A DNA stretch of 50,006 nt from Chromera velia (Eukaryota). The stretch covers positions 1-50,006 of the forward strand of contig JAHBMJ010000347.1 of the NCBI GenBank assembly GCA_018398765.1, in the 5' to 3' direction. The translations under genes were made by a program, and so were the position numbers. Below the pieces are notes generated by a model. The model had not been told where the DNA came from. It was given only the letters and a program-made list of their open reading frames with translations, and made no database searches. This document shows positions 25,831-37,330 of the stretch, in pieces; position 1 is the stretch's first letter, and each line of letters starts with the position of its first letter.

Positions 25831-26261
25831 AGGTCACTGGCAGCTCTGCTCTGTTGAAGCTTAACACGACGTTTCTCATGATCAATCTGAAGTGTCCCTT
25901 TCCTTGCATGTGGCAGCTAGCTGTGCTTCCTTTGAGGTGGTTGCGAGATGAACGCCCCGGGCCCGTCAGTCCCTTAATTTCTTTGTCTCCATGCATGGCA
26001 TTGCCCTGTGACCTCGAAAGCTGAATGATACCTGGTTTCTCGCATCTCCCGCTCCTCCAAACAATTCGGTCCCCCCCCAGCTGAGGCTTGCACACTCTGC
26101 AGTTCTGTATGCAAACTCACCATTGCTTTACAGTAGTAGTGTAGTCACTGCTTTTCTTCCTTCTCTGCAGAATGCGCCAATCTTTTTGACACCCGCCGTA
26201 CGCAGTCGAATCGCCGGACCGGTAGACTGACACTAGGGCTGTAGAGGTAAGGAATAGACTG

Positions 26262-27131
26262 ATGGCGTCTATTCGGCTGTCGTTGGATGATGGGGAGGGT
26301 ACGGAGCTCACTGGATTCTCGTGGGGAAGGGAGACGGATGAGCTGGTCCTCTGCGTCGCCGGGGGGGGGGGTCTGGTGATGCCTCGATACAGAGAGTTCG
26401 CTGCGAGCGTCGCTGCGCGTGGATTCTTCGTGGTGGCTCTGAACAGTAGAGGCTTCGGTGGGGGGGTAGGAAGAATGGAGCGTGTCGGAATGGAGACGAA
26501 CGCTCAGGACGTCGTGAACGTACTGAGGAAGTTGGGACGACACCGAGCCCACTTGGTGGGATGGGCGGGCGGCAACAGAGTGATGCGGTTAGTGGCTGCG
26601 CGACACGGGCAGCTCGCCAGGAGTGTGGTTCTGCTGGCTGCAGGGGGGCTTTATGGCCCGACTGTCGACGCGGAGACATTGCGTCGTGCCAGCGAGGCCA
26701 GCTCGACGAAAGTTTCCATGAGCGATGAGGAGCGTGTGCGACTCGTGAAGGCGTGCATGTTCGCGCCCTCCACGGCGGATACGCGCGTACGTGAGTTCGT
26801 GGAGTCGGTACTGCGGAGCGAGGCCGAGGGGCTGATTCCTTCTGTGCCGCCGGAAAGTCGTGCGCAGGCTCCCGACAGAGAGGAATGGTGGGGGGGGGGT
26901 GAGGCGCCTCTTCTGGTTGTGCAGGGACTCGATGACAGGATGGCCCCAGTCGAGAACGGCCGCGAGCTGAAGAGACAGTTCGGAAACCGGGTCAAGCTTG
27001 TCGAGCTACGGGAGGCCGGGCACATGCTCGCTTACGAACAGGCTGGGGCATGCGCCGATGCCGCTGTGGCCTTCTTCACTTCACTGGAGCCTCAGGACAA
27101 TGGAGCTCCCAACCAAGGAGGGGACTGCTGA
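26262..27131 (+). CDS. Alpha/beta-hydrolase fold protein, intronless, nucleophile position Ala (GWAGG)
   Basis: 289 aa ORF with family hallmarks GFFVVALNSRGFGG, AHLVGWAGGNRV, VVLLAAGG, PLLVVQGLDDRMAP (Asp) and EAGHML (His). GC- and CpG-rich, no microsatellites. Confidence 0.9.
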   Translation: MASIRLSLDDGEGTELTGFSWGRETDELVLCVAGGGGLVMPRYREFAASVAARGFFVVALNSRGFGGGVGRMERVGMETNAQDVVNVLRKLGRHRAHLVGWAGGNRVMRLVAARHGQLARSVVLLAAGGLYGPTVDAETLRRASEASSTKVSMSDEERVRLVKACMFAPSTADTRVREFVESVLRSEAEGLIPSVPPESRAQAPDREEWWGGGEAPLLVVQGLDDRMAPVENGRELKRQFGNRVKLVELREAGHMLAYEQAGACADAAVAFFTSLEPQDNGAPNQGGDC

Positions 27132-27351
27132 TCAAATATAATTCAAATTGGCTGATTGAGCGTTTGATATCATTCAAAGTAAACACTGACAAATTTTATT
27201 CAAATTGGTGCAGACCGTGTAGTGAGCCGACTAGATGAATTATTTTGGTAGTGAGTATTTTTTAAATGTCGGACTCTTTTTTTTTTTTCAGACAATGACG
27301 GACATTTGGCATATTGAGGCGAGCCCGGGCGGCCCTCGAGGCCAATACTTT

Positions 27352-27809
27352 CGCATGCCGGGGGCGAGTGGGGTGCTTTTTGCCCCCCCCTCTGCATAGT
27401 AGGAGACCCGCGCTTTTCCGCAAAAAACTCGTTCTCATAATTGGTAAGGAGTTAGAAGCTGAAACTTTGTGTAAGAAGACGTTGTAACGATAGAAAAAGA
27501 ACTATGGAACCGATTTTTTATATCATTTCTAGAAATATAGGCTGCCATACAAATTTTATAAGTTTCATACCGTTTTTCTTACTATTCAAAACCGTTAAAA
27601 AATGGTATGAAAATCAAAAAATTTGTATGACAACCTATGTTTCTAGAAATGATATAAAAAATCTGTTCCCTAGTTCTTTTTCTATCGTTACAACGTCTTC
27701 TTACACAAAGTTTCAGCTTTTAACTCCTTACCAATTATGAGAACGAGTTTTTTACGGAAATGCGCCGCTTTAGGGAAGCAAAAAGCACCCCACTCACCCC
27801 CGGCATGCG
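27352..27809. mobile_element. Foldback/MITE-like non-autonomous element, 458 bp, almost entirely palindromic
   Basis: Starts CGCATGCCGGGGGCGAGTGGGGTGCTTTTTGC and ends GCAAAAAGCACCCCACTCACCCCCGGCATGCG. Inner arms (aaactcgttctcataattggtaaggag... / ...ctccttaccaattatgagaacgagttt) pair up to a ~20 nt loop near 27576-27595. TTT lies on both flanks. Confidence 0.88.
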
Positions 27810-28166
27810 TTTAAGATTTGATACCTCACAGTTAGTTTTAGAGCTTTTGACCACGTTATACTATCATCATCATCATGCATTTTACGTTATCGCCGCCATC
27901 AGCCTATTTCTATGCTTCTACTAGATAGGGTTTCACAGTGTATAACTTTTGAATGTATAGAAACATATCTTTTTTTGAAAAAAAAATACAGTTTCGAAAA
28001 CATTTAAAATGCCATAAAGAAACTTTGGTGTTTATCATGTGATTTTAAGTGAAGTTGAGGTACCACCATGTAATGAACTATAGGCAATGAAATTTAATTT
28101 TATGCACTCTTCCGTGCAATTCAAGCACAATACATATGACACCACATTAGTCATTTTGACCCCTAG

Positions 28167-29166
28167 TTACACAGCCCCCACTACAGGCCGCCATGCTTCC
28201 CATATTCTCATGACTTGCTTGTCGAAAGATTCGACCCTGACAGGCTGGTCCTGCTCGTAGAAGGGGTTCTTCAGGACCCAGTCCGAGTAGGCCTCGTAGA
28301 TCTGTTTCAAAAAGGGGGCAAGGTCCTGAATGCCTGGCTGGGCAACCACAAAGAAGCGCATGCCTGCACACATATTGGGGCAATCCATCGAGAGAGAAAA
28401 GAAGAACAGAGGGACTGCAGGTTTTTTTCTTTTCCCACATTCTTTTTGCATGCACAACAGACAAAAAAAAAAGAAAGAAAGAAGCAAAGCCAAAGAGAAA
28501 GACGGTCACTCAGACAGATATAGACAGACCATATCATTCTCTCTTTCCTTCTCTCTTCCTTTCTTTCCAATCACGGAGACCAACTGAGAGAAACGCAGGC
28601 AGACACCCAGACAAACAGCATCACTTATTCATTCTTTGTCTTTTTCCTTACAGAAACACAACGAAATAAGAAAAGAAAATCATATGGACAATCAAACATA
28701 AGACAGACAATTCAACAGTGTGGAGACAGACATACTCTGTGGCTTCTTTTCTTCTTTCCTTTCACATACACAGACAGACTGTATGTTTCTTTTTCTCCCT
28801 TCTTTTCTTCATGTAGATAACAGACAGTCAGAGGGACAGACAGACACACCGGACGAGAAAAAAAAGAGAGGAAGAAAGAAAGAAGGAAGGAAGGAAGGAA
28901 GGAAGGAAGGAAGGAATGGCGGAAGGAAAGAAGGAAGGAAGAAAGAAAAAAAGAAAGAAAGAAAGAAAGAAAGAAAAAAAAGAAAGAAAGCCAGGGAGGA
29001 ACGAACGAATGAACGAGATAAAGAAGGAATGAATGAATGAATGAATGAATGAAGAAAAAGAGAGAGAAAGAGACAGAGAAAGCCAAAGAGAAAGCAAAGA
29101 ACGAAAGATACAGAAATAGAGACATATGTGTATACACACAGACACAGAACCACGCACGCGCGCACA

Positions 29167-29202
<36 letters not shown>

Positions 29203-30626
29203 GATAGAAGAGGAAAGGAAAAGAACCTGAAACCAACAGAGAGCCGTTAACAAGCCTCTGGAGAGTGAGTACAAGAACGCACGGACATTACCCACGTAAC
29301 ATCTCTGACACACACGGTGTCATCAAGATGGAGCCATGCACAATTCCCCGGGGTGACTGTGATTGCTGTGGAAAGTCAATGCAATTTTGTGTCTCCCCCA
29401 TTGAATGCATCTGTGTATCTGTTCATTCTGCTGGCAAGGCACCTTTACGCGCTTTGCCACTTCCCATACACACACTCACGAACCAACTAAAAAAGCAACC
29501 ACGAACCTGTGAGTGTCTCAAAGCACTGCAGTTTGAAGGTGTCGGCCTCCACGAAGGAGATTCCGTCCGGTTGAAGGAAGCTGAAGGATCCAGGTTTGGG
29601 TGCAGGGAGGGGCGCAATCTGTTGGGAGATCGCGCAGAGGCCGTGGAACGTGGACGCCAGTCTGATCTTGTCATTGGCCGAATGGTTCACACTCGTGGAG
29701 AAGTCCTGCAAGCAGTGACAAGAGAAGAGAAGAGAAAATAAAAGTGGAGGCGCATGTGGGGCGCAGGAGGGTGGGCGAACCCTCGGGAGTTGTCAGGCAG
29801 AAGGGATTGAAAGGGAGATTGAGGACAGCCGAGAGAGCACGAAACAGAAGTGAATCATTGTCAGGAAAAAAAAAGGTCGAGAAGAAGAGGTTACCTCATT
29901 CAGCTCTGCCAATTCGACCTCCCTCGACGTTTCGCCCCCCTAATTTTTTCGCCTTTGAAAGGAGAGGCATTTGAAGAGAAACCAGTAAAAAAAGAGAAAT
30001 ATACGGATCATTGAAAGACTTCGATCGTCAGTTGGGATCTGAAGATCTGATCCTTCATCGTGAAACGATCAAGGGTTTCATTCAGACTGCATTGATTCAG
30101 CTCTCACAGAATGAACCCAGGCTGTTTCTCGATCTGTTTGCATTCATCTTCTCCTCAACGATCTGACCGACTTCCACTTGCTTCTCTCTCCCCTTCCTTT
30201 CCTTTCCTTTCCTTTCCTTTCCCTTCCCTTCCTTGCTTCAAACCCGGCCTTCCCAGCCGAGGATGTGTGCATGGACGTGAAACCATCGTCACCCGTCTAC
30301 GTCCCCTCAGTCGTCTCTCCTGTCCTTCTTTCCTTCCATGCACTCAACGCTGCCCATGTGTTCGCCTCTTCAGTCCTCAATCCACCTTTCCTCCAGGGTG
30401 TAACATCCATTCAATATTCTTTTGCTTCCCCCCTTCCCTTCTCTCGGCCTACCTTTTGGTAGATCAAGGTGCCACTTTTGTTGTTGATGTTCCCCCCTTC
30501 CCTTCTCTCGGCCTACCTTTTGGTAGATCAAGGTGCCACTTTTGTTGCTTCCCCCCTTCCCTTCTCTCGGCCTACCTTTTGGTAGATCAAGGTGCCACTT
30601 TTGTTGTTGATGTACAGAGAGTACAT
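28167..30626 (-). CDS. TRAPPC4: TRAPP complex subunit Trs23/TRAPPC4 (sybindin family), 148 aa, 3 exons
   Basis: Exons 30576-30626, 29507-29705, 28167-28363: MYSLYINNKSGTLIYQK|DFSTSVNHSANDKIRLASTFHGLCAISQQIAP...EADTFKLQCFETLT|GMRFFVV...IYEAYSDWVLKNPFYEQDQPVRVESFD. The LASTFHGL and KNPFY motifs are typical of Trs23. Confidence 0.93.
28865..29052. repeat. (GGAA)n/(GAAA)n/(GAAT)n intronic microsatellite block
   Basis: Visible tetranucleotide runs in TRAPPC4 intron 2. A similar block lies at 41836-41930. Confidence 0.9.
30427..30612 (-). repeat. Triplicated ~60 bp unit spanning the TRAPPC4 exon 1/intron 1 junction
   Basis: Three copies of tccccccttcccttctctcggcctaccttttggtagatcaaggtgccacttttgttg. 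Confidence 0.93.
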
Positions 30627-31129
30627 TCTTCTCTCACTTTGTCTTCCGAGAAAGAAAGGAACTCCAAAGACGGACTCCAGCCAAAGATCCTGGCTGGACT
30701 ACACAGAGCTGCCAATCTCAAACAAGGAGACGGGGCCCTTTTCTTGTCACAGGGAGATGAACACTCTACCTTGGCGCCAGAAAACCGAACAAAAAAAAGA
30801 GAGAGCCGTTTGGCTGATTCAGCAGGCCTTCTTCTCTGCCTTCCACCTACCACCTAACAACGCGGTGGGTATCGATCCGCTCTTTGAAGTACTTACCGTA
30901 CAGAGCACACGATTTCATACCATCCAGTCCGAACAAAACTCGTGCATGGAAATCTTCTCTAAAGCTGCATGGACAACTGGTGCGGATGACGTGCAGGCCT
31001 CCGACCTCTGACGACACCAACATCGACTTCGTCGGAGGGATTCGGAAGGATGATCTATCCTCAGTCGCGGGAGGAATCCCGGAAGATTCGTCGCATCGAA
31101 GGAGACGTCGACAACCTTGGAGGAGACGG

Positions 31130-31210
31130 CCACCGCGGCGCTGCATGGCTGTGGGCCCGACAACGCGCGCGCGGCATCGACAACGCGCGCGCATGCCGCG
31201 CGCGCGCTTG
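31130..31210. promoter_or_regulatory. CGCGCG-rich patch in the putative bidirectional promoter between TRAPPC4 (-) and the USP gene (+)
   Basis: caacgcgcgcgcggcatcgacaacgcgcgcgcatgccgcgcgcgcgc lies about midway between the divergent ATGs at 30626 and 31641. Confidence 0.5.
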
Positions 31211-31464
31211 GCTTTCCGGGGCCATGCATCTGACGCACGCATTGCAAAAGGAATGCAAAAGGACAATGATCAAGCTCGAGTATGCTCGAGTGCATGGTAT
31301 TATCAGATCACTCTGACTGAATCAGCCGCCAATGGCCCGCCATGCAGCCCACCTCGCTTTCCCATTCTCTGCCCACGTACAGCTGCAAACAACTTCTTCA
31401 TCAGATTGCTTCAGCGAAGCTGCCGAAGTGTTTTGCTCCTTTAGAAATTAGATTAATTGTCGGT

Positions 31465-31532
31465 ATCGATCCGAGTGTTGCATCGATCCGAGTGTTGCAT
31501 CGATCCGAGTGTTGCATTGATCCGAGTGTTCC
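31465..31532. repeat. 17 bp tandem repeat x4 (atcgatccgagtgttgc)
   Basis: Directly visible, in the presumed 5' UTR of the USP gene. Confidence 0.9.
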
Positions 31533-31640
31533 GTCCGTCAATCTTCTCCAACTCTAGCTGTGCTCTGTCGTTCGTGAGGAAGAGTCCAGCAAGTCCATTG
31601 CGATTCTCCCCGTCTTTCTTGTCTTGTAGAGCGGGTAAAG

Positions 31641-34600
31641 ATGGATGACCTACTTCACCAAAAGTTTCTTTCTTTCACTCTGATTGAGAGAGAGGTTGCG
31701 CCCTTCGTGGACCTCGAATGGGGGAATCTCAAAGTCGGGTCACCGGACTCCGACTCGGAGGCGGTAGATCTCGAGTGGGGACCCTTCGGTGGACCTTTGT
31801 GTTCGTTGTTGGTGTTCTCACAGAAGTCGCAGGTTGAAGTGAGACACCAATTGCAGACTGAACACCCGCACCAACTACAGTCGACCGAAACTTCTAGTCT
31901 ACCCAACAGCCTTTCTCTCTGTAGGCGACCAGCTGATTCCAGTGAACAGATACCGACAGAGAAGCAGACGAATGCCGAAGATGCCGATAATCATCTCAAA
32001 TCAGGATGCCCCTTCGCGTGTGTCGATCAGGAGGGACCTCAACTCTCTCACCTGAGAGAGAGCAGCAAAGCCCCTGCTTCAGCCGAAGGCAGTCAGACCC
32101 AGAAGACCGACGCTCCTCTGTTTGGTGAACAAGGACCAGTTGTTGACAAATCGAGTGGGAAAGAGAAAGCTGGTGAGCCAGGAAGCCTTAGGGGGCTTTG
32201 GAGGGATCGGTGGAGATGCATGACTCCGGATTTCTTTCTTTCTTTCTTTCTTTCTTTCTTGTTGTCAGTCATTTGATTTGATTTGAGTCGATTTGATTTC
32301 ATTGCCCTTGTTGCACCTTTAGTTTCTCTCCATTTTGGAGTCCCGGGGGCTGTGAGAGATCTTTCTTTCGTTTGCTGTACGTATTAAATTTTTCTCTTTC
32401 TGTCTGTCTGCAGGTGTGAATCAGATCGATCAGCAGCAGTACGATATTCTGCTGAATGAGACCGCCGTTCCAGCCCCCCCCCTTTCAGTGTGCCAGCCTG
32501 CCCCTCCCACAACCCCGCACCCAGACGTGACGGTCCCACAAAAACCCTCATCAGTTGTGTCGCAGACTGAATGCCCTCACGGCAAATTGCGAAGAAGCGC
32601 CTGCGACACTTGTATACAGGAGGCAAGGAGCAGGCAAGTGTGCCCAGACGGTCTGAACCGCGCTCTCTGTCAGACCCCCGAGTCTATCTCTGCGTCCAAG
32701 CAGCTGGAAGGTCGTATGAAGGCCGAGGGTTGGTCGGGTGCAGGGGAGGATGTGGACGCGTGTCTGAGAGAGACGTTTGAGAGTCTCCGAAAGGTCAACG
32801 AATTCCTTCGACCGAATCAGAGACCCTCCCCAGACTTTGCTGCCGGGCTTCCAAATTTCCAAGCAGACATTCGGAACGCGTGCTTTGCAAACGCAGCGTT
32901 CCAATTGCTCGCAGCGTCTGATTCCTACCGCTCCACTGCAGTGCAGCTGCTCCATTCACCTTTTGTTGCCGACTCCCCGACTCGTGCCGTCGTGTTGGGT
33001 ATTTTGATTGTGGGTCTGCGTGACAGCCGTCTCCGTCTCCAGGCTGCGAGCAGAATCCACCAGGCCCTCCCCCGCTTCCCCAATTTCCGACGCCACCAAG
33101 ACACACGGACGGGCCAAGTGCACTGCTCCCACGAGTTCATGATCACGGTGCTTGACTTGATGGACAAGAACCAGACCGCCCCCCCACGCATAGAGACGTG
33201 TGACTGCTACAAATGCAAGTCGTGTGGGTGGGTGCGGGAGTCGAGGAAGATCACGGGAGTGCCCATGGTCGAGATCCCCATTAGAACTGTCGAATCTCAG
33301 CAGCAGCAGCAGCAGCAGGGGGTTTCTTGGACTCTGGAAAACGGTATCGGGGAGGCAATGGAGCAGGGAAAAGCGGGGGAGTGGAAAGGAGCGCGGGAGT
33401 ATGATGAACGTTGCGGAAACCCTGATTGTCCCTTTTTTGACGGCACAGAGAAGGTGAAGAATGCGTTCTGTCAGAAGATCATATACCCCCCTCAGACAGT
33501 CCTTTTCCACATCAACCGAACTGTGCACAGCAGGGACGGTCTAGTCATGGGAAAGGACACCCGCCACCTAGAGTTTGGTCGAACGCTGGACCTAGGCCCG
33601 TTCCTCTGTGACCGTCCTTCAAGTGGGTCAAGTGGGGCGGGCAGCTCTGTTTCGTCCTGCACTGAAGATGAGAAGAGAGAGAGGGGGGGAGAGGTCCTGT
33701 ACCGTCTGGTGGGGGGCGTTGTGCACTTGGGCAGTAGGTGCGCATCGGGTCACTTCAGAATCTTTGCGTTCGCACGTCGTTCGTGTGACGTCGAGGTACC
33801 ATACGGACAGACCGAAGAGACTCGTGTTGTTTGTTTGGATGCAGAGGCAGGCAGAGAAGGTCGTTTGAATCCTTTCCTTGTGTTTGATGATGCTGCCTGT
33901 CCTGTAGCGAGACCATGGAAGGAGTTGTCTAAAAAAGAAGCCTCTCTGCTTCTCTATGAGAAAGCCCCTGCAGGGTACACCAGAGAGAGAGAGACGGAGG
34001 GGGGAGTGGATAGAGAGGAGTCTAAAGGAGAGGGGAAAGATGCTGAGGGGTATGAGGGGGGAGTGGGCGTCACTGACGCGGCAGAGCCTGCCAATGACCC
34101 CTCTGCCTCTTTTGCGCTTACAGATGACGCTCTGCAGATGCAGCACATATCAGTAGGTGAGGAAAGAGACAGAGAGGCCAAGAGAGAGGGAGAGACGGGG
34201 GAGGGTGGTTTCTCGTGCTCTCTTTTGGAGGGGAGTGGAGTTGAGGAGGGGGACCTCAGTGGGGGACAGGAAAAAGAGTGTGAGGACAACTCCCCGTCCA
34301 CGGTTTCTGTGGCCCCAAGGGGGGCTAAGGTTCTCCTGCTCCATCTGTTTGAGCTTGAAGAGCAAGCAGAGATGGGGGACGTCTCCGACTGCTCGTCTGC
34401 GACTTCGTCTCCCATGGGCTCGAGAGCCCCTTCAGAGGCTGTGTCGTCGCCCCCCCTGTCCCCTCTTGCCTCCGCGACGCTTCGGGAGCTTGGCTGGGAT
34501 TTGGAGGCAGGAGTTGAAAGGTATCATCAGAGGGAGGAAAGTGAAGAGACGGCGTACTTGTTTGAGTCCCTCTGGAAGGAAAAGACACGGAGGCTTCTGT

Positions 34601-35061
34601 TGTCTGCACAGAGGAGAGACCTTGTGATCTTCTTCCTTGCCTTTCTCTCTTTCTTCTTTGGGATTCTCGGCTTTCTAGTCCTCTTCAGAGGCCCCGTCCT
34701 GCTTCCCTTGTCCTCTTCCCCGTCGTCCTTCCTCGTCCTCAGCAGACGAGTCGGGGAGGAGTTCTTCCCTGCTGCGGTCACTGCGGGGTGTGTGTGGGGG
34801 GGAGTGGGGATTTGCTTTTCGTTTCTGTTCTCTGCGTTCACGAGGGCAGACGGAAAAGAGAAGAGGGAAGTGAGAAGAAGGAAAGCGGGAGGAGATACTG
34901 GGTGGCAGGGGAGGAGGGCAGGTCTGACTGGCCTCCCTCTCCTCGATTGTCCGGACCGCCCCCCCGAAAGTTGGAAGGAAGCACACCAGTGCTGGCAGGA
35001 GTTCGAGCACAGAAGGTGGAGAAGTGCTTTCAGAACTGTTTTGTCTTTCCTTTCTCTGTGA
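31641..35061 (+). CDS. Ubiquitin-specific protease (peptidase C19/USP family) with C-terminal hydrophobic helices, ~1059 aa, 2 exons
   Basis: join(31641-32172, 32414-35061), with a GTGAGC...TGCAG phase-1 intron. Cys box AGLPNFQADIRNACFANAAFQLL, QVHCSHEF, Zn-ribbon CKSC...CGNPDC, PQTVLFHINR, FGRTLDL, His box YRLVGGVVHLGSRCASGHF, FDDA, LLLYEK. The start codon is less certain. Confidence 0.88.
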
Positions 35062-35829
35062 ATTAGCATTTTACCTTCCTGCGCTCGTGACTCACCCATG
35101 CAACCACTTTCAGAGGAAAGCAGCTGGTGCACAACAATGACTTCGTGACCCAGTGGCGGTCTGTGCCTTATCATCAAACGATAAGAAGCGGCCGCATTTC
35201 TTCGTATGACTGTCCACATGTGTACCTTAGACTGATCAAGCGAAGGGAGAGAGGCAAAGCATTCGTGGACCCTCTCTTTCATTCGTGAACGTAATGGCGG
35301 AAGAGGAAGAAGAGAAAAAAAGGAATATATGAGGGCGGGAGACTTGTCTTTTGGAGTGGGGTGCAGAAATTTGGGAGTAGGGGGGCCCGCCTATACATGT
35401 GTCTTTCATTCGTGAACGGTCTGCCCTTTAGCCCGTCAATGCCTCTCCCTCCGGCATTTACGGGAGTGTCTTGATCTCTTATCTTACTCCATGCTTCTGA
35501 AAAGAGGAAACTTTTTTGGGAGAGAAAGGAAAGGGAGAAAAGAGAAAGCAGAAGAGGACAGACTCGAGGAAGAAATCTTGCCGACAGTGGTGCACGAAGT
35601 GCCTACTCAATGAAAAGACAGGAAGAGCTCTTTCTCATTTCTTCTGTCTGAATGGGTCCACTCGTCAGGGCTTCGATCTGCTGGTTTGGTTATTTAAAGT
35701 TGCAAGCCGATGGAGTGAGTCTCCGTTCGGCTGCACAAAGACAATGACTGCATGCATGTACATGCACGCCGTTTTCGATGCATACAGCTCGAGTTTGAAC
35801 ACCGTCCATGCGTGCGTTTCTCTATTTGT

Positions 35830-37330
35830 GCATGTGCACGACGTTGAATTGTACTCATAGGAGCACACAAAACGGTCGATGTAAGTCATAAACAGGCGGC
35901 GTTCTTACACTGCGATGATCGCTGAGCCTAGACCCTGCCTTCGCCGTTGAGGAGCACCGAATGAAGAAATGGCTGAGAACGAGAGAAGTCTTGGGGGAAG
36001 GCATGCGTTGGTGGTGAAAATCAGATTCATTCAATGCAGCGGTGTTCTTGTCTTTCTCTTTTTTTCTCCCTCCCAATTCGTGGTCACCCTGATCTCCCCC
36101 CCGTGCCTGTCAGTCTCTTTCCATCATGCTTGTGAAGTGTGGGACAGCAATTCCCTCTCCTTGCCTGACTTTTCTTTGTAAGTAGATGACCACGCCGGGA
36201 AGAAGAGTTTTGACGAAAAGAAGGAGAAGTGCAGTTAGAAAAATACATCGTCATGCAGACTGGTCGTGTGCCAGCAGTAATGCTGAAATGAATTACGAGA
36301 AGGAAATCACAGACAGTGACTTGAACTGGGGGGTGTCTTGTTTTCTGCATGTGCACAATTTTAAATTGTACTCATAGGAGCATACAAAACGGCTGATGTA
36401 AGTCATAAACAGGCGGCGCTCATCAACCGCGATGATCGCTCAGCCTGGACCCTGCTTTCGCCGTTGGGAAGGAGAAATCAAAGGAATAAACGGGTGAGAA
36501 TTAACGAGAGAAGTTTTGGGGGAGGGCATGCGTTGGGGAGGATTCGACTCGCGTCAGCTGTCCATCCATTCTCTCGCTTGTACTGTAGCGTCTGCTTTTC
36601 CCCTTTCCTTTCATTCAACGTAGCGGTCGTCTTCACGTCAGTCAGACTGTCTGTCTGTCTGTCTGTCTGTCTTTTTCTCCCTCCCTCCCTCCCTCCAAAT
36701 TGGTGGTTGCGGGTCCTGGTCTTCCCCCCATGCCGTCAATCTCTTCCCGTGTGGGACAGCAATCTCTTCTCCTCTCCTCTCCTCTGTTTTCCTCGCAAGC
36801 AAGTTGCCGCGACCTTGGGTCCACCCGACAAAAGCACGAAAAAAAAGAAAGAGAAGCACAGGAGAAGAAAAAGAGGAGATAGTGGAAGAGAAGGGAAGGG
36901 AAGAGAAGAGAAGAGAAGAGGAGTGTGATGGTGTCTCCCTCTGGGGGTTGGAAAGTCCTTTCGCAACACGATCAGACAGAGACACACACAGAGAGCCGAT
37001 CGAGCAATCGATCACACAGAACTTAAGTGCACAATTTTGAATTGTAATCATAGGAGCACAGAAAAGGGCCGATGTAAGTCATAAACAGGCGGCGTTCATA
37101 CACTGCGATGATCGCTCAGCCTGGACCCTGCTTTCGCCGTTGGGAAGGAGAAATCAAAGGAATAAACGGGTGAGAAAGAGTGAAGTTTTGGGGGAGGGCA
37201 TGCGTTAGTGAGGAAGGTCAGATTCGCGTCAGCTGCCCACCCATTCTTGCACTCATGGAATAACGTCAGCTTTTTCCGCTTCTTTTCATTCATTCAAGGT
37301 AGTTGTGCATGGTCTTCAGGTCTGGTTTTC
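35830..37330. repeat. Three diverged tandem units (spacing 517 and 676 bp) with a conserved ~200 bp core
   Basis: Core ...cataggagca...gatgtaagtcataaacaggcggcg...gcgatgatcgct(c/g)agcct(a/g)gaccctgc(c/t)ttcgccgttg...gggga(a/g)ggcatgcgtt starts near 35830, 36348 and 37027. Confidence 0.9.

Noticed and set aside
29895..29899. ATGAG|GTAACC as first exon of TRAPPC4
   Set aside because: Wrong phase for exon 2 and lacks the conserved N-terminus, which is at 30576-30626.
35896..37175. HDV-like ribozyme or spliced-leader RNA in the triplicated core
   Set aside because: P1/P2-like pairings exist, but P3 and P4 do not form and the catalytic C is missing. The 20 nt exon is variable and does not match the dinoflagellate spliced leader.
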